Below, piece after piece: positions 49,142 to 59,039 of a stretch of DNA of 64,000 nucleotides; positions within the stretch are counted from its first letter, which is position 1, and every line of letters starts with the position of its first letter. The notes below the pieces were generated by a model that worked only from the letters and a program-made list of their open reading frames with translations, was not told the origin of the DNA and searched no databases. Source of the stretch: Alphaproteobacteria bacterium (GTDB lineage Bacteria > Pseudomonadota > Alphaproteobacteria > UBA828). The translations under genes were made by a program, and so were the position numbers. Location of the stretch: contig CBDEFM010000002.1 of NCBI GenBank assembly GCA_965237415.1, positions 2,464,001-2,528,000 on the forward strand, given 5' to 3'.

Positions 49142-49882
49142 TCAGCCCGGCGCGGGCCTGCCGGCTCCAACCTCCGTTCCGGTCCCCAGATAGTGGGTCA
49201 TCAGGTTCTCCGAGCTCGCGAGTTCCTGGGCGTTGCCCTCGTAGCGGATGCGCCCGGTGCTGAGCACGTAGGCCCGATCCGCGAACAGCAGGGCGTCGTG
49301 GGCGTTCTGCTCGACGACGAGGAGGGTGAGACCCCGGCCGCGCAGGGTGGAGATCAACTCGAAAATCTGCTCGATCAGCCGGGGCGCGAGCCCGAGCGAC
49401 GGCTCGTCGAGCATGAGCAACCTGGGCTTCGACATCATGGACCGCGCGATGGCGAGCTGCTGTTGCTCGCCGCCCGATAGCGTTTGGGCCTTCGCCTTGT
49501 AGCGATCCCTCAAGATGGGAAACATCTCGAGCAGCTCGTCAAGATCGCGCTTGATCCCCTCCTTGTCCTTGCGCACCGCGGCGCCGAGACGGAGGTTCTC
49601 GCCGACCGAGAGATCGGCAAAGACGTGGCGGCCCTCGGGCGTCAGGGTGACGCCCATGCGCACCACGTCTTCGGTCTTCTTGTGGGTGATGTCGACATCG
49701 CCCAGCGCGACCTTGCCGGCGGCGACCGGGACGAGCCCGACGACGGCGGAAATCAGACTCGTCTTGCCGGCGCCGTTGGGGCCGAGAAGGGCGACGATCT
49801 CGCCCTCCTCGACCCGAAGCGATACCTCCTGAACCGCCCGGATAGCGCCGTAGCTGACCGAGAGGTTCTCGACCGAGAGCAT
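49142..49882 (-). CDS. ABC ATPase (LivF-like)
   Basis: GPNGAGKT, LSGGEQQ, LDEPSLGLAP, VEQN. Confidence 0.93.
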   Translation of the reverse strand: MLSVENLSVSYGAIRAVQEVSLRVEEGEIVALLGPNGAGKTSLISAVVGLVPVAAGKVALGDVDITHKKTEDVVRMGVTLTPEGRHVFADLSVGENLRLGAAVRKDKEGIKRDLDELLEMFPILRDRYKAKAQTLSGGEQQQLAIARSMMSKPRLLMLDEPSLGLAPRLIEQIFELISTLRGRGLTLLVVEQNAHDALLFADRAYVLSTGRIRYEGNAQELASSENLMTHYLGTGTEVGAGRPAPG

Positions 49883-49885
49883 GCC

Positions 49886-51082
49886 CTATTGGTTCGGCGT
49901 CCAGTCGGAGAAGCCGTCGGGCACCCAGTCGGGCAGGATCTTCGTCAGCGGCGTGAACTGGCCGCCGCTCACCGTCACCATCGTCATGCGCTTCAGCGGC
50001 ACACCGCCGTAGCCCTTGAAGGTGATCGAATCCGTCGTCACCCCCGGAAGGCCGTCGATCTCCTTGATCTGCGCGTTGATCGCCGCGGGCTCGGCGGAGC
50101 CGGCCGTCTCGATGGCATGGCGCACGATCTCGACGGCTTCGCCGCCGAGGCCAAAGAAGATGTTCTGGATGTCGAAGCCGCGGCTCACGCACTCGTCATA
50201 GAACCACTTGAGCTTGCTGCCGTCGGTGGGAAATCCGTGGGTCGTGAACGTGACCAGCTCGGCGCCCTCGCCGCCGACCTCGATCAGGGTCGGATCGTCC
50301 ATCCCGTCCGTCGCGTAGATCGGGATACTGACGCCTGCGGCGTGGAGCTGGCGCGCGAAGACCCCGCCATCGGGCATGATGAAGGCCGAGAAGATGACGT
50401 CCGGCCGGGGATCCATGGAGGCGAACTCGCTGACCTGGGGCGAATAGTCCGTAGTGCCCCAGTTCCAGTTCATCTCGCCCAGGACCTTGCCGCCCAGATG
50501 CTCGAAGGTCTCGCCGAAATAGCGTGGCGTGGCGATCGAGTAGCTGCCGATGTCGTGCGAGATCATCAGGTAGGCGGTCTCGAGGCCCTGCTCGCGCGCG
50601 TAGTGCGCCGCCGCCGAGGCCGCGGCGTTGTCGCCGTAGGGCGTGAGATAGGCGATATCGGGAATCGCCGCGGGCCACTGCACCTGGGTCGAGCCCACGG
50701 AAATCACCGGGATGCTGTTGGGCTGCGCCATCATGCCCGCCGGGATCAGCGTATCGTCCGTCGGCGGCCCGAACAGCACGACCGCGCCGGCGTCGATCAG
50801 CTCCTGCGCCGCGGTGCCGGCGAGCGCCGGATCGCTCTTGATATCGCGGGCGAGCAGCTTGAGCTTGGTGCCGCCGAGCACGCCGCCCCCGTCGTTGACG
50901 ATGTCGACCATGCACTGCACGCCAGGCACGCTGCCGTAGGGTGCGAGCTCCCCGGTTGCGGCGGCGACGTAGCCGAGGATGATCTCGTCTTCGGCGGCGG
51001 CGATGCTCGCCGATCCGATCATACCGGCCGCCGCGATCGCGGCGACGACGGCATGGCATCGTTTATGGGTTCGTCCGGTCAT
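49886..51082 (-). CDS. LivJ/K-type periplasmic substrate-binding protein
   Basis: Signal peptide, IVNDGGGVLG, RPDVIF, GVTTDSITF; start at ATG 51082. Confidence 0.87.
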   Translation of the reverse strand: MTGRTHKRCHAVVAAIAAAGMIGSASIAAAEDEIILGYVAAATGELAPYGSVPGVQCMVDIVNDGGGVLGGTKLKLLARDIKSDPALAGTAAQELIDAGAVVLFGPPTDDTLIPAGMMAQPNSIPVISVGSTQVQWPAAIPDIAYLTPYGDNAAASAAAHYAREQGLETAYLMISHDIGSYSIATPRYFGETFEHLGGKVLGEMNWNWGTTDYSPQVSEFASMDPRPDVIFSAFIMPDGGVFARQLHAAGVSIPIYATDGMDDPTLIEVGGEGAELVTFTTHGFPTDGSKLKWFYDECVSRGFDIQNIFFGLGGEAVEIVRHAIETAGSAEPAAINAQIKEIDGLPGVTTDSITFKGYGGVPLKRMTMVTVSGGQFTPLTKILPDWVPDGFSDWTPNQ

Positions 51083-51189
51083 TGCGTGGTTCTCCCTCTT
51101 TGAAGCGTTGTCTTTTCCGGCAAACGAACCGGCCCTCCTGTGCCGAGCCGGCTTAACCTGACTTCGTCTGTCGCTCCTCTCGCAGTGTG

Positions 51190-51942
51190 TCAGGGACTCA
51201 TTGACGATCGATCTGCCGCACGGCGGGAGCCGATATAGACCTGCTGCACCTTCGGATCCTGCTGTACCTCGTCCGGCCGGCCTTCGGCGATCAGCTCCCC
51301 CATGTGCAGAACATTGATTCGTTCGCAAACAGTCATGATGAAGCGGAGATCGTGGTCGATCACGATGATGCCGCAGCCCGCGCGGTCGCGGATGCCGCGC
51401 ACCGACGAGATCAGCTCCGTCGACTCCGCATCGTTCATCCCGGCCGCCGGCTCGTCGAGGAGCAGGAACTCGGGCACCAGGGCGAGCGCCCGGGCGATCT
51501 CGAGGCGCCGCTGCTGGCCGTAGGGGAGCGTCATCGCCGGGCGGTCGGCCACCGGCCCGAGGTCGAGCTCGCCCAGCAGGGAGTCGACGGTGAGGCCATT
51601 GAGGCGGCTCGCCCGGTGCCGCTGAGCGGTGGTGAAACCGACCTCCACGTTCTGCCGGACGGTCAGGCGGCCGAACAGACGGATGTTCTGAAAGGTGCGG
51701 GCAATGCCTGCGATCGCGCACTTCCGGGGGCTGGAGCTGTCGATCCGCCGCTCGTCGAGCCTCACTTCGCCCGTATCCAGCGGAAAGGCCGAGGAGATCA
51801 CGTTCAGGAGGGTGGTCTTGCCGGCGCCGTTGGGTCCGATCAGCCCGACGATCTCTCCGGATCGGCAGGTCAGCGACACGTCGCGCAATGCATAGACGCC
51901 GCCGAAGTGCTTTGACACCGAGGAGACGTCGAGGGTCGTCAC
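51190..51942 (-). CDS. ABC ATPase (LivG-like)
   Basis: GPNGAGKTT, RTFQNIRLF, LPYGQQR, LDEPAAG, IDHD. Confidence 0.92.
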   Translation of the reverse strand: MTTLDVSSVSKHFGGVYALRDVSLTCRSGEIVGLIGPNGAGKTTLLNVISSAFPLDTGEVRLDERRIDSSSPRKCAIAGIARTFQNIRLFGRLTVRQNVEVGFTTAQRHRASRLNGLTVDSLLGELDLGPVADRPAMTLPYGQQRRLEIARALALVPEFLLLDEPAAGMNDAESTELISSVRGIRDRAGCGIIVIDHDLRFIMTVCERINVLHMGELIAEGRPDEVQQDPKVQQVYIGSRRAADRSSMSP

Positions 51943-52051
51943 GTCCGCCGACCGTTCACCGGCATCGACGCAGGCGACAGAAGGTGCCGAACTGATTGCG
52001 CATCCGCGCCTACCCGCTTGTGTGCCCGGATCCCCGTTCCGCCGGCGGGCG

Positions 52052-52951
52052 TCAGGCGGCAAGCAGGTCGTCGATCCTGGTGCCGCACCAGCCTTCTTCG
52101 CGCTTGCGCCAGTAGCTGTTCATGAGGCGCGAGGTCAGGATGCCCGGTGCGCCGTTGCCGAGCGGTTTGTCGTCGATCGCGGTCACCGGCAGGATTCCGC
52201 CGGCCGATGAGGTCGCGAACGCCTCGTCAGCGTTGCGCAGCTCATCCGGGTGAACGACCCGGGTCTCGCAAGGGATGCCTTCCATCTCGCAGAGCTCGAT
52301 CGCCGACTTGCGCGACATGCCCAAGAGGCAGTTGGCGTCGGGCGTCGCGCACACCCCGTTCTTCACCACCCAGATGTTGTATCCCGGCCCCTCGGCGATA
52401 TTACCGTCGGGTCCGCAGAGCACCGAATCGTCCCGGCCGGCCTCGTAGGCTTCGTACTGCGATTGAATCAGGTCGGCCCAATGGAAGTTCTTGTAGCGGG
52501 TATCGACGGCCTTGCTGGAAATTCGCTCGGTCTCCGCCAGGTGCAGATTGACACCGGCCTTCGATTTCTCCTCGCCCCACAGCCACACATAGGGAACCGC
52601 GTAACAGACGAATTGGTTATCGCAGAGCCGGGGATCGCGCGAGCCTTCCGGATACAGGCCGCGGGTGACGTGCATGTGGATGTAGCTGCCGTCGTCCAGC
52701 CCCACACGGCGCACGCATTCCGCCAGCAGGCGGGCGGTCTCGTCCTGGGAATAGGGATTGGTCAGACGGAAACCGGTGCAGGACGCCGTGAAGCGCTCGA
52801 GATGTTCGTCCAGCTTGAAGATGTAGCCCTTCCAGGATGTCGTGACGTCATAGACCACGTCGCTATGCAGAAATCCGGTGTCGAAAATCGACATCTTGGC
52901 ATCGTCGAGCTCGACGAATTCGCCGCCAATGTGGACACATCCGCTTGCCAT
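52052..52951 (-). CDS. Fold-type IV PLP aminotransferase, candidate (R)-selective amine transaminase
   Basis: GFLHSDVVYDV, HLERF, YKNFHWADL, EGPGYN, LLGMSR, SSAGG. Confidence 0.85.
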   Translation of the reverse strand: MASGCVHIGGEFVELDDAKMSIFDTGFLHSDVVYDVTTSWKGYIFKLDEHLERFTASCTGFRLTNPYSQDETARLLAECVRRVGLDDGSYIHMHVTRGLYPEGSRDPRLCDNQFVCYAVPYVWLWGEEKSKAGVNLHLAETERISSKAVDTRYKNFHWADLIQSQYEAYEAGRDDSVLCGPDGNIAEGPGYNIWVVKNGVCATPDANCLLGMSRKSAIELCEMEGIPCETRVVHPDELRNADEAFATSSAGGILPVTAIDDKPLGNGAPGILTSRLMNSYWRKREEGWCGTRIDDLLAA

Positions 52952-52968
52952 GTCAGCCCCCCGCTACG

Positions 52969-53030
52969 GTCGTACGACATTATCAAAGCGTACTTGAATC
53001 GACGGTAGCGAGCGCCGCTAGGGGGGTCAA
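52969..53030 (-). promoter_or_regulatory. Promoter and palindromic operator upstream of the aminotransferase-ABC operon
   Basis: TTGACC (53030-53025), 17 nt spacer, TACCGT; perfect palindrome GTCGTACGAC at 52969-52978 downstream of the -10 box (GntR-like, inferred). Confidence 0.45.
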
Positions 53031-53116
53031 GCGCACCCCCGCCCGGGACCATACGACCTGGCCGTTCTTGCGTGACGCACCCCGTCCGTCGCAGGCAACG
53101 CCTCAAAAGCCGGGAC

Positions 53117-55114
53117 TCACTCCTCCGGGGCGAACTCCATGATGACCTGGTCGGCGGCGAGGCTGTCGCCCACCTTGGCGTGGACAGCGACGATGCGACC
53201 GTCGCGCTGAGCGCGAAGCACATTCTCCATCTTCATCGCGTCCACGATGGCGAGCGGCTGCCCGGCCCGCACCGTGTCGCCTTCGGAAGCCGGCAGCGCC
53301 ACCACCAGCCCCGGCATGGGCGAGAGCAGGAAACGCGAGAGGTCGAGCGCCTCCTTCGCCGGCATCGTGGCGGCGAGTTCTGCCGCCCGGGGTGTGCGCA
53401 CCCGGGCCGTAACCTCGTAACCCCGCCATCGGAGCGTGAGCGCCGTGCCCCGGCGGCGGACCTGAATGGTGACGGCGGCGCCGGCCACCCTGCCGGTGAA
53501 GAGGCTCTCATGGAGCTGCCAGTCGCTCTCCACCGGGACGGTCCGTCCGTTATCGACGACCGCGAGCCCGTCCGCGCCTTCGTCGATCCGCACCTCGTGC
53601 CGGCTGGTGCCGAGATCGACCACCCAGTCGCCGGTGTGCCGCACCGGCGACAGGCCCTCGATCTGGCCCGAGATGCGCCCCGCGCGGGCCGCGAGCCGCG
53701 CGTGCACCACCGCCGCGACCGGGACGAGAACCGCGCGGGCCTCGTCCGTGAGCGCCGTGGGATCGAAGCCCGCTCCGAACTCCTCCTCGATGAAGGCGGT
53801 GGAGAGCCGCCCTTCGGCGAAGCGGGGGCGGCCGAGCACCGCGTTGAGGAAACTCGCGTTGTGGGCGACGCCCGTGAGCTCGTAGCAATCCAGCGCATCT
53901 TGCATGGCGGCGATCGCCGCCGGCCGGTCGGGGCCGTGGACGACGAGCTTCGCGATCATGGGATCGTAGAACATCGAAATCTCGGAGCCCTCGTCCACGC
54001 CGGCATCGACGCGGCATACCGCGCTCGCCTCGGGCTCGCGATAGCGCGAGAGGCGCCCGATGGAGGGCATGAAGCCCCGCGCCGGGTCCTCGGCATAGAT
54101 GCGGCACTCCATCGCCCAGCCGTTCCGCGTCACGTCCTCCTGGCCGAAGGCGATCGGCTCGCCGGCGGCGATCTTGATCTGCTGCTCCACGAGGTCGATG
54201 CCGGTGACCATCTCGGTGATCGGATGCTCGACCTGCAGCCGCGTGTTCATCTCTAGGAAGTAGAAATTCCGCTGCTGGTCGGCGACGAACTCCACCGTGC
54301 CCGCGGAGCGATAGCCCACGGCCTTCGCCAGCGCGCAAGCCTGGGCGCCCATGGCCGCCCGCGTCGCCTCGTCGAGCAGGGGGCTCGGTGCCTCCTCGAT
54401 CACCTTCTGGTGGCGGCGCTGGATCGAGCATTCCCGCTCGCCGAGGTGGACGACCGTGCCGGCGTTATCGGCAAGCACCTGAATCTCGATATGGCGCGGG
54501 TCCACGATGAAGCGCTCGACGAATACCCGGCCGTCGCCGAAGGCCGACACCGCCTCGTTGACGGCGGACGTCATGCCCTCGCGCAGCCCGGCCTCGTCCC
54601 AGACCAGCCGCATGCCCTTGCCGCCGCCGCCGGCCGCCGCCTTGAGCATGACCGGATAGCCGATTTCGCGTGCCGCGGCGATCGCCGCCTCGGCGTCGTC
54701 GACCGCGTCCTCCGTGCCTGGAATAGTCGCAATACGGGCGTCGGCGGCGATCCTGCGGGCGGCGAGCTTGTCCCCCATCGCCGCGATGGCGCCTGCCGGC
54801 GGGCCGATGAAGGTGACTCCCGCCTTGGCCAGCGCCTCGGCGAAGGCCGCGCTCTCGGAGAGGAAACCGTAGCCCGGATGCACGGCCTCCGCGCCGGTCT
54901 CGGCGATCGCGGCCAAGAGGGCGTCGACATTCAGATAGCTCTCGGTGGCGGCGGGGGGGCCGATTGCAACCGCCTCGTCCGCCATGCGCGTGTGCAGCGC
55001 GCCGTCGTCGGCCTCCGAATAGACCGCGACGGTGCCGATGCCCAAGCGCCGCGCGGAGCGGATCACCCGGCAGGCGATCTCTCCGCGGTTGGCGATCAGG
55101 ATCTTGGAAAACAC
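53117..55114 (-). CDS. pccA: Propionyl-CoA carboxylase alpha (biotin carboxylase plus carrier)
   Basis: ILIANRGEIA, GGGGKGMR, EMNTRLQVEHP, AMKM biotinylation motif; adjacent to pccB. Confidence 0.93.
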   Translation of the reverse strand: MFSKILIANRGEIACRVIRSARRLGIGTVAVYSEADDGALHTRMADEAVAIGPPAATESYLNVDALLAAIAETGAEAVHPGYGFLSESAAFAEALAKAGVTFIGPPAGAIAAMGDKLAARRIAADARIATIPGTEDAVDDAEAAIAAAREIGYPVMLKAAAGGGGKGMRLVWDEAGLREGMTSAVNEAVSAFGDGRVFVERFIVDPRHIEIQVLADNAGTVVHLGERECSIQRRHQKVIEEAPSPLLDEATRAAMGAQACALAKAVGYRSAGTVEFVADQQRNFYFLEMNTRLQVEHPITEMVTGIDLVEQQIKIAAGEPIAFGQEDVTRNGWAMECRIYAEDPARGFMPSIGRLSRYREPEASAVCRVDAGVDEGSEISMFYDPMIAKLVVHGPDRPAAIAAMQDALDCYELTGVAHNASFLNAVLGRPRFAEGRLSTAFIEEEFGAGFDPTALTDEARAVLVPVAAVVHARLAARAGRISGQIEGLSPVRHTGDWVVDLGTSRHEVRIDEGADGLAVVDNGRTVPVESDWQLHESLFTGRVAGAAVTIQVRRRGTALTLRWRGYEVTARVRTPRAAELAATMPAKEALDLSRFLLSPMPGLVVALPASEGDTVRAGQPLAIVDAMKMENVLRAQRDGRIVAVHAKVGDSLAADQVIMEFAPEE

Positions 55115-55130
55115 CGGCGCCTCTCGTGCC

Positions 55131-56663
55131 CTAGAGGGGGATGTTCCCGTGCTTCTTCCATGGGTTGTCCAGCCGCTTTGTGCGAAGCGTCTCGAAGGCG
55201 CGCGCCACGCGGGCGCGGGTATCTTGCGGGCGGATCACGTCATCGATGAAGCCGCGGCTTGCGGCGACGAAGGGGTTGGCGAAGGTGCGGCGGTACTCCT
55301 CGGTCTTGGCGTCAACGGCAGCAGGATCGTCCAGCGAGCCGCGGAAGATGATCTCCACCGCGCCCTTGGGCCCCATGACCGCGATCTCCGCAGTCGGCCA
55401 CGCATAATTTAGGTCGCCGCGCAGGTGCTTCGACGCCATCACGTCATAGGCACCGCCATAGGCCTTGCGCGTGATGACGGTCACCTTGGGCACCGTCGCC
55501 TCGGCGTAGGCGTAGAGCAGCTTCGAGCCGTGGGTGATGATGCCGCCGTATTCCTGGTCGGTGCCGGGCAAGAAGCCGGGTACGTCGACGAAGGTGAGCA
55601 GCGGGATATTGAAGCAGTCGCAGAAGCGGACGAAGCGCCCGGCCTTGCGCGAGGATGCGATATCGAGGCAACCGGCGAGCACGGTCGGTTGATTGGCGAC
55701 GATGCCGATGGTGCTGCCGCCGATGCGGCCGAAGCCGGTGATGATGTTCTGTGCATACGAAGGCTTCAGCTCGAAAAAGTCGGCCTCGTCCACGACTTTC
55801 GCGATCAGCTCCCTCATGTCGTAAGGGTTGTTGGGGTTGGCGGGCACCAGCCTGTCGAGGGAGGGCTCCGCGCGGGTCACGGGATCAGTGGTCGGCCATC
55901 TCGGCGGTTGCTCGCGGTTGTTCGGAGGCAGGAAGTCGATGAAACGCCGCGTCTCGGTCAGCGCCTCGACGTCGTTCTCGAAGGCCTGGTCGGCGACGCC
56001 GGAGCGTCCGGTGTGAGTGCCTGCGCCGCCGAGCTCCTCGTGCGTCACCACCTCATGGGTGACAGTCTTCACCACATCCGGCCCGGTCACGAACATGTAG
56101 GCGCTGTCCGAAACCATGAAGATCGCATCGGTCATGGCGGGCGAGTAGACCGCGCCACCGGCGCAGGGGCCCATGACGACGGAGACCTGCGGCACCACGC
56201 CGGACGCCAGCACATTGCGCTGAAACACTTCCGCATAGCCCGCGAGCGAGGCGACGCCCTCGTGAATGCGCGCGCCGCCGGAATCGTTGAGCCCCACCAC
56301 CGGCGCGCCGACGCGCATGGCGTGGTCCATGATCTTGCAGATCTTCTCGGCATGCGCCTCGCCGAGCGAGCCGCCGAAGACGGTGAAGTCCTGACTGAAC
56401 ACGAAAACCAGCCGGCCGTTGACGGTGCCGCGACCGGTGACGACGCCATCGCCCGGAACGCGCTGCTCCGCCATGCCGAAATCCGCGCTGCGGTGCTCGA
56501 CGAACATGTCATATTCCTCGAACGAGCCGTCGTCGAGCAGCAGCTCCAGGCGCTCGCGGGCCGTGAGCTTGCCCTTCGCGTGTTGACGTTCGATGCGCGC
56601 CTCGCCGCCGCCCAGCCGGGCGCGGCTGCGGCGGTCTTCCAGCGTGCTTAAGATGTCGTCCAT
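55131..56663 (-). CDS. pccB: Propionyl-CoA carboxylase beta
   Basis: [42 protein letters not shown]. Confidence 0.95.
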   Translation of the reverse strand: MDDILSTLEDRRSRARLGGGEARIERQHAKGKLTARERLELLLDDGSFEEYDMFVEHRSADFGMAEQRVPGDGVVTGRGTVNGRLVFVFSQDFTVFGGSLGEAHAEKICKIMDHAMRVGAPVVGLNDSGGARIHEGVASLAGYAEVFQRNVLASGVVPQVSVVMGPCAGGAVYSPAMTDAIFMVSDSAYMFVTGPDVVKTVTHEVVTHEELGGAGTHTGRSGVADQAFENDVEALTETRRFIDFLPPNNREQPPRWPTTDPVTRAEPSLDRLVPANPNNPYDMRELIAKVVDEADFFELKPSYAQNIITGFGRIGGSTIGIVANQPTVLAGCLDIASSRKAGRFVRFCDCFNIPLLTFVDVPGFLPGTDQEYGGIITHGSKLLYAYAEATVPKVTVITRKAYGGAYDVMASKHLRGDLNYAWPTAEIAVMGPKGAVEIIFRGSLDDPAAVDAKTEEYRRTFANPFVAASRGFIDDVIRPQDTRARVARAFETLRTKRLDNPWKKHGNIPL

Positions 56664-56820
56664 CGCCTCCCTTCCCGGCAGCGTTTGGAATTGCGTTGCC
56701 GCCGCTTGGTCTTATCACGAAACGCCCCCTCTCGGCGACCGGGGAGGCCACGCAGGCGACGCACGCGATTATGTGTCAAGCGGGACAGGCCCTTGCGAGC
56801 GTGGTGCAAGGCCAAGTCCG

Positions 56821-58032
56821 TCAGGCACGCACGATGTTGTGCGTTGGCCCGTAGGGGAACCCGGTGATGTCCTCGGCGCCGTCCCCGGTCACCACCAGGA
56901 TGTTGTGCTCGCGGTAGCCGCCGGCGCCGGGCTGGCTCTCGGGAATCATGATCATCGGCTCCATGGACACAACCATGTTGGGTTCCAGCACGGTCGGCAC
57001 GTCCTCGCGAAGTTCGAGGCCCGCCTCTCGGCCGTAGTAGTGGCAGAGCACACCGAAACTGTGGCCGTAGCCGAAGGTGCGGTTCGGGAGCAGCCCGTAG
57101 CGCTCGTAAATCGTGTTGAGCTCGGCGGCGATGTCGCAGCAGCGTGCGCCGGGCTTGATGAGAGCGATCCCCGCCTCATGCACCTCGACATTAATGTTCC
57201 ACAGACGCAGGTGCTCGTCCGAGCACTCTTCGGCGAAGAGCGTACGCTCGAGCGCCGTGTAATAGCCGGCCGGCATGGGAAAGCAGTTCAGGCTCAGAAT
57301 GTCGCCGCGCTCGATCCTGCGCGATGTAACGGGATTGTGGGCACCATCGGTGTTGATGCCGGACTGGAACCAGGTCCACGTGTCCATCAGCTCCACATGG
57401 GGCTGACTCTGGCCGATCTCGCGCACCATGGCCTGTGTCGCGTGGAGCGCCACCTCGTACTCCGGCACGCCGACCGCGATCGCCTCAACGCAGGCTGCAC
57501 CGCCGATGTCGGCGACACGCGCGCTCTCGCGGATCCAGGCGATTTCCTCGTCAGACTTCACCATGCGCATGCGCATCGTCGGCTTGCTCACGTCGATGAG
57601 TTCCGCCGCCGGCAGCACCCCCTGCAGCTTGCGTAGGTTCTCGACGGTGATGTGGTCGAACTCGATACCGAGCCTTGAGCCGTCCGGGATGAGCCGCTTC
57701 ACGGCGACGAAGTAGTTGTCCCGATGCCAGTCGGTGTAGACGATGTTATCGCCGAACGTACGCCGCCAAGGCTGCCCCCCGTCGATGTTGGCCGAGATCG
57801 TGGTCTGGTCCTCCTGCGTGACCACGAGTCCGTAGGTGCGCCCGAAGGAACAGTAGAGGAAGTCGCTGAAGTAGTGGATGTTGTGAAGTGAGGTGAAGAG
57901 GCAAGCGTCGATTTGCTTTTCGGCCATATGGGCCCGCAAGGCCCCGAGCCGGCGGTTCATCTCGCTTGCCGAGAAAGTCGGCCTGACCCTCTCACCGTTA
58001 TGGATCGTCTTGAGTTGTTCCATCGTCGTCAC
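56821..58032 (-). CDS. Creatinase (creatine amidinohydrolase, M24 fold)
   Basis: HNGE...TFS..EM, DGGQPWRR, DTWTWFQSGINTDGAHN, YYGREAGLELRED, GYREH. Confidence 0.92.
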   Translation of the reverse strand: MTTMEQLKTIHNGERVRPTFSASEMNRRLGALRAHMAEKQIDACLFTSLHNIHYFSDFLYCSFGRTYGLVVTQEDQTTISANIDGGQPWRRTFGDNIVYTDWHRDNYFVAVKRLIPDGSRLGIEFDHITVENLRKLQGVLPAAELIDVSKPTMRMRMVKSDEEIAWIRESARVADIGGAACVEAIAVGVPEYEVALHATQAMVREIGQSQPHVELMDTWTWFQSGINTDGAHNPVTSRRIERGDILSLNCFPMPAGYYTALERTLFAEECSDEHLRLWNINVEVHEAGIALIKPGARCCDIAAELNTIYERYGLLPNRTFGYGHSFGVLCHYYGREAGLELREDVPTVLEPNMVVSMEPMIMIPESQPGAGGYREHNILVVTGDGAEDITGFPYGPTHNIVRA

Positions 58033-58190
58033 CTTGGTCGTTGATGATGATCCTGCTGGCGGAGCCGCGACGCCGTCAACGCTCGATGATGATGGCAGGC
58101 ACCTCGGTCACATTCACCGCCAGCCTGCCGCGCGGCGTCTCGTCATACTTGTCCTTCCTGTCGCACCCGGTGTCTCACGCCCTAACCGGT

Positions 58191-58278
58191 GGAGCTAGCG
58201 GGAAACCACGTGTGCCGGGACATTGGACTTCCTGCCGGGACTGTCCATTGATCCACGCAAGTTTGCCCCGCTAACTTC
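58191..58278. other. Long imperfect hairpin (about 88 nt) in intergenic DNA
   Basis: GGAGCTAGCGGG-AAAC pairs with GTTT-GC-CCCGCTAACTTC; inner TGGAC/GTCCA stem. Confidence 0.6.
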
Positions 58279-58541
58279 GCTTCGCGGGCTTTCGCTCCAC
58301 TCCACTTGGCGTCTGGCGCCGTCACGGCCGCACCTGCTCCTTGGCTCCCACGTGCATCACCATGCGCTCCAACGCGCACGGCTGCGTTCACTCCGCTGAT
58401 CACGCCCAAGGCGCAATGCCATTCCTCGAAGGGTTGCGGATTCAGCAGCTAAATTACTCGATCAAACAGGGGACTTTTGCCAACAAAGCTGTTATGATTA
58501 GGGTACGGTACTCCGCACATGCAATCATAGAAGGCAAGTCG

Positions 58542-58823
58542 ATGGCCCAGAACTCTTCCCCCCGGATCGATGAAAGTGCTTTGACCAAGGGGCAGCGCCG
58601 AAAACTGAATGCGCTCAGGAAATCGGTGGGCGACGAGGTCGGTGAGCGTGCGTTTGCTGAATGGCTTGCGTCGCGACCGGTTGCAAAGGCCGATGAGAAT
58701 GCGGCGCTGATCGTCGATACGCTCTGGCCCCTCGTCCAGCAGGGTACGCTGGCGATCCCGCGGGGTGGCTATCTGCTCAGGCGCGGTCGCGGTCGGATTA
58801 TCGTCGAACCGGCCAAGCAGTAA
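58542..58823 (+). CDS. Small basic hypothetical protein (93 aa)
   Basis: ATG with AAGG upstream and an AT-rich promoter region; protein-like composition (LTKGQRRKLNALRKSVG...RGGYLLRRGRGR). Confidence 0.75.
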   Translation: MAQNSSPRIDESALTKGQRRKLNALRKSVGDEVGERAFAEWLASRPVAKADENAALIVDTLWPLVQQGTLAIPRGGYLLRRGRGRIIVEPAKQ

Positions 58824-58837
58824 CATTGCAGCGTAGT

Positions 58838-58873
58838 TCGGAGCGGTCCCTAATCGCACGGGACCGTTTCCGA
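58838..58873 (+). terminator. Hairpin downstream of the small ORF
   Basis: TCGGAGCGGTCCC / GGGACCGTTTCCGA stem with a 9-nt loop, starting 15 nt after the stop codon. Confidence 0.45.
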
Positions 58874-59039
58874 TCTGCGGATTCGACAGCGCACTGTGTG
58901 GGCGCGTTGAGCTTTTTGCAGCCTCGCCCCATTTTCTGCATGGCTGCGGTTGCGCGCGTTGCCCCGACAATTCAACGGGGTGTTCAAGATGATATATCTC
59001 GCGACGCAAAGATCGGCTGTCAGGCATCTTGGCTGCCGG

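Noticed and set aside
58817-58912. Integron attC after the small ORF (TAAC ... GTTGAGC)
   Set aside because: The left box is not RYYYAAC, the hairpin is asymmetric relative to the boxes, and there is no integrase or cassette array.
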